In this document: positions 26,325 through 34,788 of the stretch, in pieces
Position numbering within the stretch: position 1 is the first letter of the stretch
How the letters are laid out: every line of letters begins with the position of its first letter
Assembly: GCA_045654505.1 (NCBI GenBank)
Contig: JAZONM010000005.1
Span: forward strand, 162,183 to 226,182
DNA: 64,000 nucleotides
Source of the DNA: Clostridia bacterium
Lineage (GTDB): Bacteria; Bacillota; Clostridia; Christensenellales; UBA1242
Direction of reading: 5' to 3'
Made by a program: the position numbers and the translations under genes
Notes under the pieces: model-generated
Databases searched by the model: none
The model's input: the letters and a program-made list of their open reading frames with translations, nothing else
What the model was told of the DNA's origin: nothing

Positions 26325-27527
26325 ATGGCTAAAGCAAAGTTTGAAAGAACAAAACCACACGTTAACGTTGGTACTATCGGACACGTTGACCACGGTAAAA
26401 CAACTCTTACTGCTGCTATTACATTGACCCAAGCTGCTGCTGGTAAAGCTCAAGCTATGGACTACAGTGCAATCGATAAAGCACCAGAAGAGAGACAAAG
26501 AGGTATTACTATCAATACTTCACACGTAGAGTACGAGACAGAAACTCGCCACTACGCTCACGTAGACTGCCCAGGACACGCAGACTATGTTAAAAACATG
26601 ATTACTGGTGCTGCACAAATGGATGGCGCTATCCTAGTTGTTGCTGCAACAGACGGTCCAATGCCTCAAACAAAAGAGCATATTCTTCTTGCTCGTCAAG
26701 TAGGCGTTCCATACATTGTTGTATTCATGAACAAAACTGACCAAGTAGATGACCCAGAGCTTATCGAATTGGTAGAAATGGATATCAGAGAACTTCTTAA
26801 TGAGTATGGTTTCCCAGGAGACACAACTCCAATTATCAAAGGAAGTGCTCTTAAAGCTCTAGAAGCAGCTAAATCAGGTAATGTTGATGGTGCTGATTCT
26901 CAAGCTATTAAAGATCTTCTTGCAGCTCTTGACTCTTATATTCCTGAGCCAGAAAGAGCTACTGACAAACCTTTCTTGATGCCTGTAGAAGACGTATTCA
27001 CAATCACTGGTCGTGGTACTGTTGCTACTGGTAGAGTAGAAAGAGGTACTATTAAAGTTGGTGATACAGTAGAAATCGTAGGTATGGGTAGCAAACTTAC
27101 ATCAGTAGTTACTGGTGTTGAGATGTTTAGAAAACTTCTTGACCAAGCAGTTGCTGGTGACAACGTAGGTCTTCTACTTCGTGGTATTGACCGTACTCAA
27201 ATTGAAAGAGGTCAAGTACTTGCAAAACCTGCTTCTATTCACCCACATACTGAATTTACAGCAGAAGTATACGTATTGAAGAAAGAAGAAGGTGGTCGTC
27301 ATACTCCATTCTTTAATGGTTATCGTCCGCAATTCTACTTCCGTACTACAGACGTTACTGGTAGCATCGAGCTTCAAGAAGGCGTTGAGATGGGTATGCC
27401 TGGTGACAACGTAAGAATGACTATCAAATTGATCACTCCAATCGCAATCGAGCAAGGTCTTCGTTTTGCTATTCGTGAAGGTGGTCGTACAGTTGGTTCT
27501 GGCGTTATTTCTTCAATTATCGCATAG
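26325..27527 (+). CDS. tuf: Elongation factor Tu
   Basis: [34 protein letters not shown] and NKTD; 400 aa. Confidence 0.98.
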   Translation: MAKAKFERTKPHVNVGTIGHVDHGKTTLTAAITLTQAAAGKAQAMDYSAIDKAPEERQRGITINTSHVEYETETRHYAHVDCPGHADYVKNMITGAAQMDGAILVVAATDGPMPQTKEHILLARQVGVPYIVVFMNKTDQVDDPELIELVEMDIRELLNEYGFPGDTTPIIKGSALKALEAAKSGNVDGADSQAIKDLLAALDSYIPEPERATDKPFLMPVEDVFTITGRGTVATGRVERGTIKVGDTVEIVGMGSKLTSVVTGVEMFRKLLDQAVAGDNVGLLLRGIDRTQIERGQVLAKPASIHPHTEFTAEVYVLKKEEGGRHTPFFNGYRPQFYFRTTDVTGSIELQEGVEMGMPGDNVRMTIKLITPIAIEQGLRFAIREGGRTVGSGVISSIIA

Positions 27528-27540
27528 TAGAGTAAATATA

Positions 27541-27570
27541 AAAATCGTGTCTTTTGACACGATTTTTTTT
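27541..27570 (+). terminator. Terminator after tuf
   Basis: Stem aaaatcgtgtc, loop tttt, stem gacacgatttt, then a T-run. Confidence 0.85.
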
Positions 27571-27690
27571 GCTTTCTATATCTAATTTTCAAAAAAAGTA
27601 CATAAAAAAACTACTAAAAATGTTATGTAAATATAAATAAACATTTAAAAAATATAGAAAAATATAAAAATACTATATTATGCAAATAAT

Positions 27691-27719
27691 TTGTAATTTC
27701 TTGTACTATTTGTTATACT
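27691..27719 (+). promoter_or_regulatory. Promoter of the 484-aa orphan
   Basis: TTGTAA at 27691-27696, 17 nt, TATACT at 27714-27719 with a TGt extended -10. Confidence 0.45.
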
Positions 27720-27748
27720 TTAAGAGTATAAGTGGAGGTTTTGCCTGA

Positions 27749-29203
27749 ATGGACGACAAATTCACAATGCCTAAAGGGGTAGAGGTTGCGCTTGAAAAAG
27801 TTACTGCAACTGGTGCTCCAAGATTGGGCTCATACAATTCTAGAGGCGATTATGTAATCGCACCTGCTATTATTAAAGAACTTTTGAGTGTAAATAAGTA
27901 CAAAAAGACTACTTTCAAAAACTCTGTCTTTTGTACAAGTTTTTTGCCTGTCTATGGCGAACTTACATTTGAAGTTGTGTATGAGAAAAATTCTATCAAT
28001 AATTCTGCTCTCGCAACCATCTATTTGCTCGAAAATGAATATAAGGTGAATGGTTACCTGCAAAACACCATTAAGACCAAAATTGGCCACTATATTGGCG
28101 ATTTAGACGGTTTTATAGAGGAAAGTTATAAGAGATTCAACATTTCAATCTTGCCAGTAGGTGAGAGTAAAGACTATAGAGTATCTGACGACGAAAAACT
28201 TGATGGTTATATTGTCACAAAACAACAATTTAATAATCTTCTTGAAAAAGTATCGAAGGAAGAGTGTGACAAAATATATGAGGACTATTTTACAAAACGT
28301 CTAGAAATCTTAAATTCGCTTAATTCTGCATTCTCAAAGGAAGTTCTTGCGAAATTTAAAAATGAATATGCGAAGATTGAAAAGTACTTTTTAAAAGAAA
28401 AAGATTATCGCGCTCTAAGTGAGCTTCTTGATAAGTGTTTTGAGGATGTTTCGGGTACAAAATTAGAGTATAAAGAGGAAGAAGAGGAGTTTCAAAAAAA
28501 GATTTTGCCTATTCTTACTCTGTTTATTCAAGAAATGGAAAAAGCTACCGAGAAGGCATCAAATAAGGCTAAAAACCTTCTAAATAAGAAGGAAAGAGCA
28601 AAACTTGAGGATATTGTAAAACAAGAAGAGGAAGCATCTCCTTCAAAGTCTAATATTGGAGTAGATAAGTCTCCGCTTGTAGCACTACTTAAGGGTGATA
28701 TGCCTAAGGTGCTAAATCCAAGAGGCACTTCTTCAGAAAAGGGTAAAATAAGTGATGACCTTTACAATAGATTGAATAAAGCCCTTAAAGGCATTGAAGG
28801 TTTAAATAAAATTGATGACACAACTAAAAATATTCCACCTAGTACAAAAGTAGAAAAGCCAACTCATGAAAATCCAAATGGTAAAAGACTTGTTAAGGAA
28901 TTTGAAGAATATACAAATAAAGAATCCCAAAACAACAATCCTCAAACATTCATTGTCGGTGATGATAAGTCTAATAGCATTTTATTTTCTGAAAATGAAT
29001 TTAACAAAATCACACCAAATAATGAAGTGGAAAAAATCAGTAAAAGACCAGATAATACCAAACTACAAATTGAAAACGAGATAGGTGAATTATTTGGTGG
29101 ATTATCAAATGATGAAGTTGAGGTAAGGGGTGAGCCCAAAACTAGTCCAGGTCCAAGGACTCCTCAATCAAGTCATATAGATACAAATGTTAATGAAAGA
29201 TAA
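27749..29203 (+). CDS. Hypothetical protein (484 aa): globular N-terminal part, charged coiled-coil middle, low-complexity C-terminal part
   Basis: GGAGG lies 10 nt upstream. No signal peptide, TM segment or known motif recognised. The K/E-rich central region is predicted helical by eye. Confidence 0.7.
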   Translation: MDDKFTMPKGVEVALEKVTATGAPRLGSYNSRGDYVIAPAIIKELLSVNKYKKTTFKNSVFCTSFLPVYGELTFEVVYEKNSINNSALATIYLLENEYKVNGYLQNTIKTKIGHYIGDLDGFIEESYKRFNISILPVGESKDYRVSDDEKLDGYIVTKQQFNNLLEKVSKEECDKIYEDYFTKRLEILNSLNSAFSKEVLAKFKNEYAKIEKYFLKEKDYRALSELLDKCFEDVSGTKLEYKEEEEEFQKKILPILTLFIQEMEKATEKASNKAKNLLNKKERAKLEDIVKQEEEASPSKSNIGVDKSPLVALLKGDMPKVLNPRGTSSEKGKISDDLYNRLNKALKGIEGLNKIDDTTKNIPPSTKVEKPTHENPNGKRLVKEFEEYTNKESQNNNPQTFIVGDDKSNSILFSENEFNKITPNNEVEKISKRPDNTKLQIENEIGELFGGLSNDEVEVRGEPKTSPGPRTPQSSHIDTNVNER

Positions 29204-29235
29204 AAAAAGAATACGCGGAAGCGTATTCTTTTTTA
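29202..29235. terminator. Bidirectional terminator shared by the convergent orphans
   Basis: A7, stem aaagaatacgc, loop ggaa, stem gcgtattcttt, then T-run. It lies between the stop at 29203 (+) and the stop at 29233 (-). Confidence 0.85.
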
Positions 29236-30174
29236 CCAAGGCTCTTTGCCTGAATTGGAAAAACGACCTGAAGATGGTGGGTTTTTACCAGAAATTCTGT
29301 CGCAAATACTTACTTTCCCGGTATATCCCAAACTTCTTTGACTACCACCAAAGTACAAAACATCTTCTTTAGAGACTGAATTGTTTTTTATATTATTATA
29401 AAAGTTTAGGCAATCCGCTTTAAGTGCCGGTTTTCCTTTAAATGGATCTGGATTGGTCATTGCGCCAAGAACATTGTTTTTTATATCTTTCAAAACTGTT
29501 TGAAATTGTTTGTTTGAATAAGAATCTGATGGTGAGTTTTTGTCCCATGCTTTAAAATAAAGTACAGAGGCGGTGCGGTTTAGCAGCATTATATCATTGA
29601 TTTTCAAAACTTCTTGATAGAATTTGGATGACATCAGTTGTTCTTTTGTCATATTGGATTTAAGAGTGCTGTCAATCAATGGTTTGATTAGTTTTGAATT
29701 GAATGAAAATCCTTGTTTTGTGCTAGACCAAATAAAACCGCCTTGATACTCATCAAACAACCAAGCAAAATTTTCATCAAAATGTTTGCGCCAATTATTT
29801 TTTCCGGCAACTTTCATAGATGCATAAACAAACACCGAATATACATTTTTTTGACATTGTGTAATGTGAGGATGAAATTTATTTATTTCATCGACTTCAT
29901 CTTTAGTGAACTCGTGACCTCTAACATTTGAAAAATCTTGTTTTATTTTGTTCATATGTGAGTCATATGTTATATAAGAGGGTGAAAACACTTCATCGTA
30001 CATTTCTGGAAGAAAATAGTTTGGAAAACTGGCAATCAATGGGTGATTGGACTCAAGATTGTATATATCTTTTCCCCATTTAGCAGCTAAATTTTCGTTG
30101 GAATTGTCACCTTCTCTATATTTATAATAAAGAAAACGTTGACTATGCCAGAAGTCGTTTTGTGGTTTTGCCAT
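29233..30174 (-). CDS. Hypothetical protein (313 aa)
   Basis: Start MAKPQNDFW at 30174 is preceded by GAGGTGA. The listed ORF extends 14 codons further to 30216. No motif recognised. Confidence 0.7.
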   Translation of the reverse strand: MAKPQNDFWHSQRFLYYKYREGDNSNENLAAKWGKDIYNLESNHPLIASFPNYFLPEMYDEVFSPSYITYDSHMNKIKQDFSNVRGHEFTKDEVDEINKFHPHITQCQKNVYSVFVYASMKVAGKNNWRKHFDENFAWLFDEYQGGFIWSSTKQGFSFNSKLIKPLIDSTLKSNMTKEQLMSSKFYQEVLKINDIMLLNRTASVLYFKAWDKNSPSDSYSNKQFQTVLKDIKNNVLGAMTNPDPFKGKPALKADCLNFYNNIKNNSVSKEDVLYFGGSQRSLGYTGKVSICDRISGKNPPSSGRFSNSGKEPW

Positions 30175-30202
30175 AATAATCACCTCGTAATTTTCTTTAA
30201 AT

Positions 30203-30231
30203 ATTATACTATACAATTGGTTGTTTGTAAA
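30203..30231 (-). promoter_or_regulatory. Promoter of the 313-aa orphan
   Basis: On the minus strand: TTTACA(AA), 17 nt, TATAAT. On the plus strand these read tgtaaa (30226-30231) and attata (30203-30208). Confidence 0.6.
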
Positions 30232-30285
30232 TATGTAATAATACTTTTTGTTTGATTTCTTTGAATAAACAGCAAAACTAAGTAC

Positions 30286-30314
30286 TTTACAAATATAACT
30301 AAATCATATATAAT
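30286..30314 (+). promoter_or_regulatory. Promoter of the ABC transporter operon
   Basis: TTTACA(AA) at 30286-30291, 17 nt, TATAAT at 30309-30314. Confidence 0.6.
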
Positions 30315-30336
30315 TTACTATATATGGGGGAGAGAT

Positions 30337-31206
30337 ATGTTACCTTGTGAAGTAATCAATTTGAAAAAATACTATAATCGTAGTGTTGTGGGAGTGGAGG
30401 ACGCTAGTTTTTCACTTAAGGAAGGTGAGATTTTTGGGATAATCGGACCTAATGGAGCAGGAAAGAGTACTACTATTAGGGCAATAATGGGACTTATAAA
30501 ACCCACAGATGGTGAAGTCGCTATTCTTAATCACAATGCTTTTAAAGAAGGACATATTGCACGCGCTGAGGTAGGATATGTAGGTGGAGAGCCAAGTTTT
30601 TATCCTAATCTTACAGTCAAAGAAAATCTAGAGTTTGTAGCAAGAGTCAAAGGTGTAGGAATGGATAGAGTGGACAATCTTGCCACTAGACTAGAACTTA
30701 ATCTTACTCGCAAAGCAAAGGAATTGAGCTTAGGGAATAAAAAGAAATTAAATATTGTTATGGCACTATTATCCTCACCAAAACTAATAGTATTAGATGA
30801 GCCAATGACAGGACTTGACCCGATAGTAAGGAAAGAGTTTTTCAAAATACTTGAGGAAGAAAAGAAGCGTGGAGCATCTATTCTTATAAGCAGTCATGAG
30901 CTTACAGAGATACAAAGGCTTTGTGATAGGGTAGGCATAATTAAGGACGGAAAAGTAGTTGCGGTTGAGCAAATGCAAGACCTAAAAACAAAACGCCTAA
31001 AGACAATTATTATTGAAACTGAGTATTCTACACCTCAAGTGACTTTAAGTGGAGTGAGCAATTTAGAGCAAGATGGCAGAATTACAAAGTTTAATTATAA
31101 TGGCGAAATGAAGCGCTTAATTGAGTATTTGCATAGTATTGATATAGTAAACATTGACATAGAGGAAGCAAGTCTTGAAAATATATTCTTGCACTTCTAT
31201 GAATAA
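30337..31206 (+). CDS. ABC transporter ATP-binding protein
   Basis: Walker A GPNGAGKST, signature-like LSLGNKKK, Walker B LIVLDEP, and H-loop SSHE. Confidence 0.9.
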   Translation: MLPCEVINLKKYYNRSVVGVEDASFSLKEGEIFGIIGPNGAGKSTTIRAIMGLIKPTDGEVAILNHNAFKEGHIARAEVGYVGGEPSFYPNLTVKENLEFVARVKGVGMDRVDNLATRLELNLTRKAKELSLGNKKKLNIVMALLSSPKLIVLDEPMTGLDPIVRKEFFKILEEEKKRGASILISSHELTEIQRLCDRVGIIKDGKVVAVEQMQDLKTKRLKTIIIETEYSTPQVTLSGVSNLEQDGRITKFNYNGEMKRLIEYLHSIDIVNIDIEEASLENIFLHFYE

Positions 31207-31216
31207 AGGAGGAGAT

Positions 31217-32002
31217 ATGAAAAAGAGTTTTATAAACAAACCTTTGTACAAATTGGAACGCAAAGCCAATCTTCTTCCTTTGATTGTATTTACTATTGTT
31301 GTGGCGGCGCTATTGGTAGTAGCGGCAGCAATATTTCCTTACATGAAAGATTCTTTATCTTCACTACCAGAAGAATTGCAAAGCCTTGTAAATTTTAATT
31401 CTGTCACCGAATACTTCAGTGCAGAGGCAGTAGAAATGTGGGTTGTTTTTGGCTCAATTTATGCTACATGGCTTGCACTAAAACTTGTGAATGGTGATTT
31501 TAAAAATGGCAATGCTGAGTTGTTGTATTCGCTAAATATTAGCAGAAATGAAATACTTCGCACAAAACTTCTTCGTCTTTTTGTAAATGTCACAATCTAC
31601 AATGTGGCTTTGTCGGTAGTGGCATTCCTTGCATTGTGGTTGTTGTGTGGTCAGCTTGCAATTGCAGGTATACTTATATTTACATTGTTTGCTTGGCTTA
31701 CTACTTTGATTGTAGGACTATTGATGTTTGGGCTAGGGACTGTTGTGGGTCGTAAGTTTGGACCAGTGGCAGGTATTGTTTTGGTAGTATTGTTCTATTT
31801 GATATCTAGTATTTCTATGTCAGCATCGCAAGTGGAGTGGTTGGGTTATTTGTCACCATTCACTACCATGTTTGGGGATGTGATTTCAAATGGATTTGCA
31901 GGACTTCTAAACTACGGTGCTTCACTTATTATATGGGGTGTTGTGGCAATTTGTACTGCTGTATTTGGAATTTTAAACTTTAAAAATGTCGATTTGGACT
32001 AA
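31217..32002 (+). CDS. ABC-2-type transporter permease (multi-pass membrane protein)
   Basis: AAGGAGGAG SD lies before ATG 31217; the listed ORF starts at 31175 inside the ATPase gene. About six hydrophobic segments. Substrate unknown. Confidence 0.7.
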   Translation: MKKSFINKPLYKLERKANLLPLIVFTIVVAALLVVAAAIFPYMKDSLSSLPEELQSLVNFNSVTEYFSAEAVEMWVVFGSIYATWLALKLVNGDFKNGNAELLYSLNISRNEILRTKLLRLFVNVTIYNVALSVVAFLALWLLCGQLAIAGILIFTLFAWLTTLIVGLLMFGLGTVVGRKFGPVAGIVLVVLFYLISSISMSASQVEWLGYLSPFTTMFGDVISNGFAGLLNYGASLIIWGVVAICTAVFGILNFKNVDLD

Positions 32003-32067
32003 ATATTTTGAATATAATACTTGCATTATTGCAATAATTGTTGTACAATATAATCAGATATATGGAT

Positions 32068-32093
32068 AAATAGAGTTTCGGCTCTATTTTTTC
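32068..32093 (+). terminator. Terminator after the ABC permease
   Basis: Stem aaatagag, loop tttcgg, stem ctctattt, then a T-run. Confidence 0.75.
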
Positions 32094-32104
32094 TTGGAAA
32101 TATA

Positions 32105-32134
32105 TTGACTTTTAGCGGGAGACTATGATACAAT
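32105..32134 (+). promoter_or_regulatory. Promoter of rpmG-secE-nusG
   Basis: TTGACT at 32105-32110, 18 nt, TACAAT at 32129-32134 with a TGa extended -10. Confidence 0.55.
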
Positions 32135-32158
32135 CTACTCGCTATAATGGAGGATAAA

Positions 32159-32308
32159 ATGAGAGAGACTATTATTCTTGCTTGCACAGAATGTAAAAGA
32201 AGAAATTACAACACTGAAAAGAATAAAAAGAACGACCCTGAAAGAAAAGAAATTAAGAAGTTCTGTAAGTTCTGCAACAAACACACAGTGCACAAAGAAA
32301 CAAAATAA
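32159..32308 (+). CDS. rpmG: 50S ribosomal protein L33
   Basis: Not in the ORF track because it is only 49 aa. My translation is [49 protein letters not shown], with the CxxC...CxxC zinc knuckle. GGAGG SD upstream. Confidence 0.9.
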   Translation: MRETIILACTECKRRNYNTEKNKKNDPERKEIKKFCKFCNKHTVHKETK

Positions 32309-32327
32309 TTATTAAGGAATTGTAACT

Positions 32328-32687
32328 ATGGCAAAGAAAGTTGAAGTAAAAACAACTGAAGTAGAGGTTGTTGAGCCGGATACAACTCAAAACGACAAAG
32401 TAGAAGAAAAAACTGTCGTTAAAGAAAAAAAAGCTAAACAAGAAAAAGTGAAGGCAGATAAAAACAGCAAAAACCAAAAGAAAGGTAAAAATGTTAAAGA
32501 AAAACGTGGTCTTGGCAAAAGACTAAAAGAGAGCATGAGTGAGCTTAAAAAAGTAAGCTGGCCTACTTTTGGACACACTGTAAAACAAACAGGTGTTGTA
32601 ATTACTGTTGTGGCTATATGTACACTTGCATTGTTTGGTTTTGACAGACTATTTGGTTGGTTGTATACACTTCTTACCGGTATTTAA
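32328..32687 (+). CDS. secE: Preprotein translocase subunit SecE with a long Lys/Glu-rich N-terminal extension
   Basis: The C-terminal ..ELKKVSWPT.. motif plus a single TM is the SecE core. It is preceded by about 65 aa of K/E/V-rich low complexity. Confidence 0.85.
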   Translation: MAKKVEVKTTEVEVVEPDTTQNDKVEEKTVVKEKKAKQEKVKADKNSKNQKKGKNVKEKRGLGKRLKESMSELKKVSWPTFGHTVKQTGVVITVVAICTLALFGFDRLFGWLYTLLTGI

Positions 32688-32698
32688 GGAGTAATCGT

Positions 32699-33343
32699 AT
32701 GGAAGAATTAGAAACACTTGATATGCAAGCCTCCAAAGTAGAAGAGGCTCAAGAAGTAGCGACTACTGAAACTACCGAAGAAAACCAACCCACAGAGCAA
32801 GAACTACGTATCCGTGCTGCTCGTGAACAAGCTAAATGGTACGTTTTGCACACATATTCGGGTTATGAAAATGTTGCAAAAGAAAACTTAGAGATAGTAA
32901 TCGACAAGTACAGTCTTCAAGAACGTATATTTGATATTATCATTCCTATGGAAGATGTAGTAGAGGACAAGAATGGAAAACGTAAAGTTGTTACTCGCAA
33001 AATCATGCCAGGATATATTATGGTAAAAATGATATACGGCGACGATATTTGGCATGCTATCACTCGTACACGCGGTATTACTGGTTTTGTAGGTCCTAAA
33101 GGACGTCCGCTTCCACTTACTGAAGATGAAATCAGAAAAATGCATCTTGAGAAAGTCGAGGTTGTTGATATTGATATCAAAGTCAATGACAAAGTTGAGG
33201 TTATGGAAGGCGCGCTTAATGGATTTATTGGTACAGTTGTGTCAGTAGATGTAGAAGCTCTAAAATGTAGAGTTGTGGTTGAGATGTTTGGAAGAGAGAC
33301 ACCTGTCGATCTTAATCTTAACCAAGTTAGAAAAGTTGATTAA
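32699..33343 (+). CDS. nusG: Transcription termination/antitermination factor NusG
   Basis: AAGGAG lies before ATG 32699; the listed ORF starts at 32657. NGN domain KWYVLHTYSGYE and a C-terminal KOW domain. There is a ~45-aa acidic N-terminal extension. Confidence 0.93.
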   Translation: MEELETLDMQASKVEEAQEVATTETTEENQPTEQELRIRAAREQAKWYVLHTYSGYENVAKENLEIVIDKYSLQERIFDIIIPMEDVVEDKNGKRKVVTRKIMPGYIMVKMIYGDDIWHAITRTRGITGFVGPKGRPLPLTEDEIRKMHLEKVEVVDIDIKVNDKVEVMEGALNGFIGTVVSVDVEALKCRVVVEMFGRETPVDLNLNQVRKVD

Positions 33344-33418
33344 AATTTTGATAATAACACAATTTACATTGTTTTATTATATGTCAAAGAGATTTGACAT
33401 GACCGAGTTTTCGGTCGA

Positions 33419-33464
33419 AGTGGGAGAAACGTAAATTTGTTATGCGTTTTGATAAGACCACAAG
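33419..33464 (+). promoter_or_regulatory. Putative L1-binding mRNA structure (L11-operon leader type), copy 1
   Basis: aGUGGGAGAaacg-loop-cguuuugauaagaCCACAAG. The outer GUGG/CCAC helix encloses GGGAG and an inner aaacg/cguuu hairpin. It lies 26 nt upstream of the rplK ATG. Confidence 0.5.
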
Positions 33465-33489
33465 CCAAGTATGGCAGGAGGAAAACATA

Positions 33490-33924
33490 ATGGCAGACCC
33501 TAAGAAAAAAGTTAATGCGATTGTTAAATTGCAACTAAACGCAGGTAAGGCAACAGCAGGTCCACCAGTTGGTTCGTCTCTTGGTCCTCACGGAATAAAC
33601 ATTCCTGCATTCACCAAAGAGTTCAACGAAAGAACTGCATCTCAAGAAGGACTTGTAATACCAGTTGTTATTACAATCTATGCTGACCGTTCTTTCTCTT
33701 TCGTGCTTAAGACTCCACCAGCAGCTGTTCTTATAAAGAAAGCTTGCAAAATCGATAGTGGAAGTGCAAACTCTATCAAAAATAAAGTTGCAACAATTAC
33801 AAAAGCACAAGTTAAAGAAATAGCAGAATTGAAAATGCCTGACCTAAACGCATCAAGTGTTGAGACAGCTATGAGCATGATTGAAGGCACTTGCAGAAGT
33901 ATGGGCGTAACAGTTGTTGAGTAA
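33490..33924 (+). CDS. rplK: 50S ribosomal protein L11
   Basis: [28 protein letters not shown].. with AGGAGG SD. The listed ORF start 33442 is an upstream in-frame extension. Confidence 0.96.
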   Translation: MADPKKKVNAIVKLQLNAGKATAGPPVGSSLGPHGINIPAFTKEFNERTASQEGLVIPVVITIYADRSFSFVLKTPPAAVLIKKACKIDSGSANSIKNKVATITKAQVKEIAELKMPDLNASSVETAMSMIEGTCRSMGVTVVE

Positions 33925-33940
33925 TCAATAACTAAAGAAT

Positions 33941-33985
33941 AGTGGGAGAGTAAAAAATCTATAATTTACTTGTTAAAACCACAAG
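33941..33985 (+). promoter_or_regulatory. Putative L1-binding mRNA structure, copy 2 (abuts the rplA SD)
   Basis: aGUGGGAGagtaaa-loop-tttacttgttaaaaCCACAAGGAGG. It has the same AGTGGGAGA...ACCACAAG frame as copy 1 and an inner agtaaa/tttact hairpin. The 3' arm runs directly into the SD. Confidence 0.5.
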
Positions 33986-33994
33986 GAGGAATTT

Positions 33995-34678
33995 ATGAAA
34001 AAAGGTAAAAGATATATTGAAAGTGCAAAACTTGTAGATAGAAGTACTGCATATTCTGTAGATGATGCTATGGAATTGGTACAAAAGACTGCAAGCGCTA
34101 AATTCGATGAAACTGTAGAATTGCACGTAAAACTAGGCGTAGACGGAAGAAACGCTGACCAACAAGTTAGAGGCGTAGTTGTGCTTCCTAATGGTACTGG
34201 TAAAAGCGTTAAGGTATTGGTAATCACTAAAGGTGACAATGCAGATGCTGCTGAAAAAGCAGGTGCTGATTATGTTGGTGCTGAAGAGATGGTTGCTAAG
34301 ATCCAACAAGGATGGATGGATTTTGATGTATGTATCACTACACCAGATATGATGCCAGTTATTAGTCGTGTAGCAAAAATTCTAGGACCAAAGGGCTTGA
34401 TGCCAAATCCTAAGAGCGGCACAGTAACAACTGATGTTGTTAAGGCAATCAATGATACAAAAGCTGGTAAAGTAGAGTATCGTCTTGACAAAACAAACAT
34501 TATCCACGTTCGTATCGGTAAAGTTTCATTCGGCAGTGAAAAACTTATTCAAAACTTCAATACTTTGATGGATGCACTTGTAAAAGCAAAACCAGCAGCT
34601 GCTAAAGGAACATATATCAAAAATGTTACACTAAGTAGCACAATGGGACCTGGAATCAAAGTTGAGTACAGAATCTAG
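33995..34678 (+). CDS. rplA: 50S ribosomal protein L1
   Basis: Conserved L1 sequence (..[10 protein letters not shown]..) of 227 aa. Confidence 0.96.
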   Translation: MKKGKRYIESAKLVDRSTAYSVDDAMELVQKTASAKFDETVELHVKLGVDGRNADQQVRGVVVLPNGTGKSVKVLVITKGDNADAAEKAGADYVGAEEMVAKIQQGWMDFDVCITTPDMMPVISRVAKILGPKGLMPNPKSGTVTTDVVKAINDTKAGKVEYRLDKTNIIHVRIGKVSFGSEKLIQNFNTLMDALVKAKPAAAKGTYIKNVTLSSTMGPGIKVEYRI

Positions 34679-34693
34679 TAAAAACAAACAAAA

Positions 34694-34718
34694 AGAGGCG
34701 AAAAACGTCTCTTTTTTG
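34694..34718 (+). terminator. Terminator after rplA
   Basis: Stem agaggcg, loop aaaaa, stem cgtctct (one G-U pair), then T6. Confidence 0.7.
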
Positions 34719-34746
34719 TTTTTATGACAAATTATATACAGCAAAT

Positions 34747-34786
34747 AAAAAAATCGCATATCTGCTCAATTTCGAAGATATGCGAT
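34747..34786 (-). terminator. Terminator of the reverse-strand orphan P1
   Basis: 11-bp stem atcgcatatct / agatatgcgat. On the minus strand it is followed by T7, immediately after the TAA at 34789-34791. Confidence 0.8.
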
Positions 34787-34788
34787 TT

